DNA of 64,000 nucleotides, from contig CAWJKZ010000010.1 in NCBI GenBank assembly GCA_963843575.1, positions 192,001-256,000 on the forward strand, in the 5' to 3' direction. The translations under genes were made by a program, and so were the position numbers. The stretch comes from an uncultured Acidobacteriota bacterium. Its GTDB lineage: Bacteria > Acidobacteriota > UBA6911. Under the pieces are notes generated by a model that did no database searches, was not told the DNA's origin, and saw only the letters and a list, made by a program, of their open reading frames with translations. Numbering within the stretch: position 1 is the stretch's first letter; each line of letters opens with the position of its first letter. Below, one piece after another: positions 60,813-64,000 of the stretch.

Positions 60813-61847
60813 TCAGTGCCGGCGGGCGGCGCGTTTCAGTTCATCTTCGACCAGGTTGGCAATGTCGGGATACGGACGCACCCCGGTCAGCAGGCGCCCG
60901 TTGACAAAGGTAGCAGGGGTGCCGGTGACGCCGGAGCGGGCCCCGTCACGAATATCCTGCCGGATCGCGGCAGCGTGCCGTCCGGAGTCCAGGCATTGTC
61001 CGAAAGCCCCCATGTCGAGCCCGAGGCCGGCGGCTTTCGCCCTGAGGTCGTCCGGGCCCAGTTTCGGCGGGGCTGCGAACAGCAGGTTGTGCATCTCCCA
61101 GAACTTCCCCTGGTCGAAGGCGCACATGGAAGCCTCCGCCGCCCTGAACGCCAGCGGGTGGATTTCGGCGAGCGGGAAATGCCTGAAGACGATGCGCACC
61201 TTGTCGCCGTAGTCCGTCACGATCCGGTTCAGGCTGTTGTTGAATTCGCGGCAGAAATCGCACTGGAAATCGGAGAATTCGACGATCGTCACGGGCGCGT
61301 CCGCGCCGCCGCGGGCAGGCCGGCCCGTGACCGACACGGCGAGGCGCTGCGGCTCGAGCGAGATCGTCACCCCGTAGACGGGTTTGAGCCGCTCGACGAA
61401 GTCGGCGCGCAACTTGGCCTGTCGCTGCTGGCGCAGGAACTGCACGATCTGCGGCCGCACCTGTTCGCGGGAAACGTTGATGCGCGCCTTGTTCGCCTCG
61501 TAAACCGTGTTGATCTCCGCATCCGTGGGGTCCTGGACCTTGCCGTCGACCTCGCGGGCGATCAGCTCGGCCTGCGACAGGTTTTCCTTGGCGGCCTCAA
61601 GGGTGAAGATGCGGTCTTCGATCAACCGGTTCAGCGCCGCCTCGCGCACCTGGTGCCGGCTCCGCTCGAAACCGGCCTCGGCCTGCAGCCGCTGCAGTTC
61701 GAGCCGGTCGAGGTCCGCGGCGGCAGCCTTGTTCAGCTCGTCGTCGCTTATGGGCACGCCCTGAACGACGGCAACGGGCGCCTGCGCCCAGACGGCCGCG
61801 GGGAAGATGACAAAGAGCGCGAATGTGATCCAGCGGTTCGAGTTCAT
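60813..61847 (-). CDS. DsbA/thioredoxin protein with SurA-like N-terminal domain
   Basis: VEFSDFQCDFC (CxxC), FRHFPL, GVTGTPATFVNG. Confidence 0.88.
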   Translation of the reverse strand: MNSNRWITFALFVIFPAAVWAQAPVAVVQGVPISDDELNKAAAADLDRLELQRLQAEAGFERSRHQVREAALNRLIEDRIFTLEAAKENLSQAELIAREVDGKVQDPTDAEINTVYEANKARINVSREQVRPQIVQFLRQQRQAKLRADFVERLKPVYGVTISLEPQRLAVSVTGRPARGGADAPVTIVEFSDFQCDFCREFNNSLNRIVTDYGDKVRIVFRHFPLAEIHPLAFRAAEASMCAFDQGKFWEMHNLLFAAPPKLGPDDLRAKAAGLGLDMGAFGQCLDSGRHAAAIRQDIRDGARSGVTGTPATFVNGRLLTGVRPYPDIANLVEDELKRAARRH

Positions 61848-61950
61848 CGCGATCCCCAGGAACGCGGCGGTAGAGCCCCGCGCGCATCGTCTGTTTCAGC
61901 CCCGGCCGCCCCGTGTCACATGGGCATCGGGACCGGCCCTAGCCAACGGC

Positions 61951-63615
61951 TCAAGTCGATCCGACACACTCGGCGAGAAGCCTGTCCTCGGCGGCCTTGG
62001 TCCACTGGCCGGAGTCGAGCAGTGCCGCGACCGTCGGGAACTGCCGTGCCATGTCGGCGAGCGGAACCAGCCCGAGGTCGTGCAGCCGAGGATACACGAT
62101 TATCTTGCCCGCGAGCGTGCGGTTTTCCACGGCGGCGAGCGCTTCGGCCGCCCCCGCCATGCCCGACACGGCGTCGACGGAGCAGTTGGTGTCGAGCCTC
62201 CCGGCCTCGAGCTTTTGCAGCACGATCTTCATGTCGCGGATCACCGATCCGCTGGTACCGAACATGTAACAACGGCGCTCGATATAGGTGTCCATGTCGA
62301 GCAGCTGGCGGGTCGGGGCCGGAATGCCGGCGAAGATGTTGATGCGGGCCCCCTCCAGGCTGTGCGCCACGGCCTCGGCCACCAGCGCCCCGACCGGTGC
62401 CAGCAGCACGTAGTAGCTGAACTCCCCCGCCAGCGGGGCGCCGGCGGTGTTCACGAGTTCGAGTTCGATCCCTGCCGCGCGGGCGAGCGGGGCGGCCTTG
62501 GATCCCAGAGAGGCCAACCGGAGGTCGTCGACGTCGGCCCCGACGATGCGTATTCCCTGCACTCCCTGACGCAGGCAGCGTATGACGTGCATCTGGCCCA
62601 TGGGGCCGCCGGCGCCGAGCACGGCGATCCGTTCGCCCGGCAGGATCTCGCCGCTCGGCGGGATCGACTCGTACCCTTCACGCGCCTGGGTGCCGTGGGT
62701 GCCGGTCCAGCGTGTCATTCCATAATGCACCCGGCCCACCCCGATCGACACCGGCGGGCCGATGCGGCACCCGCCGGTCACGATGTTGATGAGCCCCCCG
62801 GCAGCGAGCTTGTCGTTCAGGATCTCAATGGTCCGGCTGCGCGCCCCGTAGTAGAGGATGTCGTCGAACCCCTCGTCGGGGACCGACGCCAGGTCCTCGG
62901 CGCAGTCGAAGGACGCGTGACGGGCCTCGCCCGCAGCCAGGACACTGCGCGGCCCTGTCCTCCCTGCGAGCTCGATCGCGTCGTCCCAGCCGTGGCCCTG
63001 CTCGACGTACAGGAGCAGTCTGCCACCGCGCCTGATCCCGCCCCGCTCGGGGTTGGCGTAGGAATCTTCGACACACGCCCACGGCTCGACCAGGGCCACC
63101 GCCGACGCCGCCAGGTGCTCGGGCACCGGTATGAGAAACCTCTCGTCCGTGTCGGGATCCATGATGACGCGCTCGTCCATGAGGACGTACTCCTGGAGCC
63201 CTCCCTCGAAGTTGTAGCCAAATGCCGCATTGGAATTCGAGGTGCGCAGGGTGCGGTAGTCCGTCTGCACCAGACACCGCTCGTCGATCCGGTAATGCCG
63301 GACGTCCTCGCCTATCGCAACGATGCGGCACACCACCTCGTGCCCCGGGACAGTGGGCTCGGCACCGGGAACGTAGCTCGGGATCGACTGGAGTACCTCG
63401 GGCGGCATCCCCTCGAGGATTTCGGTCTTCCGCGCGTGCTCGGAGAATTGTTTGAGGAGCTTCAAGTCCGAGAAACAGAGGCCGACCGCCTCGACCCGGG
63501 CCAGCACCTGTCGCGGGCCGGGCGTCGGCACGTCTTTGCTAGTGTTGTGAGTGAGGACGCCGGGGCCGACCAGCTGGATCGCGTGCTGTTTTCGAGGCAA
63601 GAGACCGTCGTTCAT
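61951..63615 (-). CDS. Zinc-dependent MDR dehydrogenase (L-sorbose-1-phosphate reductase-like)
   Basis: GGAGG RBS; GLCFSDLK, VPGHE, LVEPWACV, GAGGPMG, GTSGS, GKIIVYP. Confidence 0.8.
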   Translation of the reverse strand: MNDGLLPRKQHAIQLVGPGVLTHNTSKDVPTPGPRQVLARVEAVGLCFSDLKLLKQFSEHARKTEILEGMPPEVLQSIPSYVPGAEPTVPGHEVVCRIVAIGEDVRHYRIDERCLVQTDYRTLRTSNSNAAFGYNFEGGLQEYVLMDERVIMDPDTDERFLIPVPEHLAASAVALVEPWACVEDSYANPERGGIRRGGRLLLYVEQGHGWDDAIELAGRTGPRSVLAAGEARHASFDCAEDLASVPDEGFDDILYYGARSRTIEILNDKLAAGGLINIVTGGCRIGPPVSIGVGRVHYGMTRWTGTHGTQAREGYESIPPSGEILPGERIAVLGAGGPMGQMHVIRCLRQGVQGIRIVGADVDDLRLASLGSKAAPLARAAGIELELVNTAGAPLAGEFSYYVLLAPVGALVAEAVAHSLEGARINIFAGIPAPTRQLLDMDTYIERRCYMFGTSGSVIRDMKIVLQKLEAGRLDTNCSVDAVSGMAGAAEALAAVENRTLAGKIIVYPRLHDLGLVPLADMARQFPTVAALLDSGQWTKAAEDRLLAECVGST

Positions 63616-63683
63616 GGCTGCCCTCCAACCACCCTTTAGCGTCCGGGCTGAAGCCCGGACCCACGTGATCGTCGCCACAGAGA

Positions 63684-64000
63684 CTAGTGCAGCATCACTT
63701 GGCCGCCGGTCACGGGCAACGCCTGGCCGGTCTCATACTTCTGTTCGACCAGGTAATAGACCGCCTTCATGATGTCGGCCGTCGTGCAGCCCCGTCCCAT
63801 CGGCACCTTCGCCTCATAGGCGCGGCGCACGTCTTCGATCGTGCGCGCGCCGGGTACCTTCCCCGTGCGCAGATACTGGACGAAGAGTCCGGTCTCCGGA
63901 TCGGACCAGAGCGGTCCCTCGAAAAAATTCCCTGGGCACACGGCGTTGACCTTGATGCCGTCGTCGACAAGCTCGAGGGCGAACGACTGGGTCAGCCCGA
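63684..64000 (-). CDS. SDR oxidoreductase (sorbitol-6-phosphate dehydrogenase-like), 5'-truncated by the window edge
   Basis: GLTQSFALEL..DGIKVNAVCPGNFFEGPLW...KVPMGRGC...YETGQALPVTGGQVM. Confidence 0.82.
   Translation of the reverse strand, partial: GLTQSFALELVDDGIKVNAVCPGNFFEGPLWSDPETGLFVQYLRTGKVPGARTIEDVRRAYEAKVPMGRGCTTADIMKAVYYLVEQKYETGQALPVTGGQVMLH

Overview
GC-rich bacterial chromosomal window, most likely Acidobacteriota: it has two ADOP-type duplicated orphan permeases and TolB-propeller Ser/Thr kinases. It carries about 50 CDSs, mostly for carbohydrate and peptide catabolism and for signalling. Scattered single-base frameshifts, dense at 33.1-36.0 kb, suggest long-read consensus errors. 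The main highlight is a co-oriented 7.8-kb cluster (19.1-26.9 kb). It joins poly-gamma-glutamate synthesis genes (pgsB, pgsC and a TIGR04332-like protein, with no pgsA or capD) to a secreted C69 Ntn-peptidase, a DUF6305-like exported protein, a DctM-like permease, a 54-aa membrane protein and an M14/AstE-like zinc hydrolase. This is a candidate synthesis-and-recycling system. Other features are a dispersed family of about 7 REP/MITE-like elements, a second MITE-like element, an ECF sigma factor with a sigma54-type promoter, a PAS-GGDEF-EAL protein with an unusual C-terminal membrane anchor and exported domain, two genes with their middles deleted, a frameshifted qNor, and an isomerase-aldolase-kinase sugar operon with a leaderless promoter under a palindrome. 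No rRNA, tRNA, CRISPR array or transposase was seen. All family assignments come from motif recognition by eye, not database searches.
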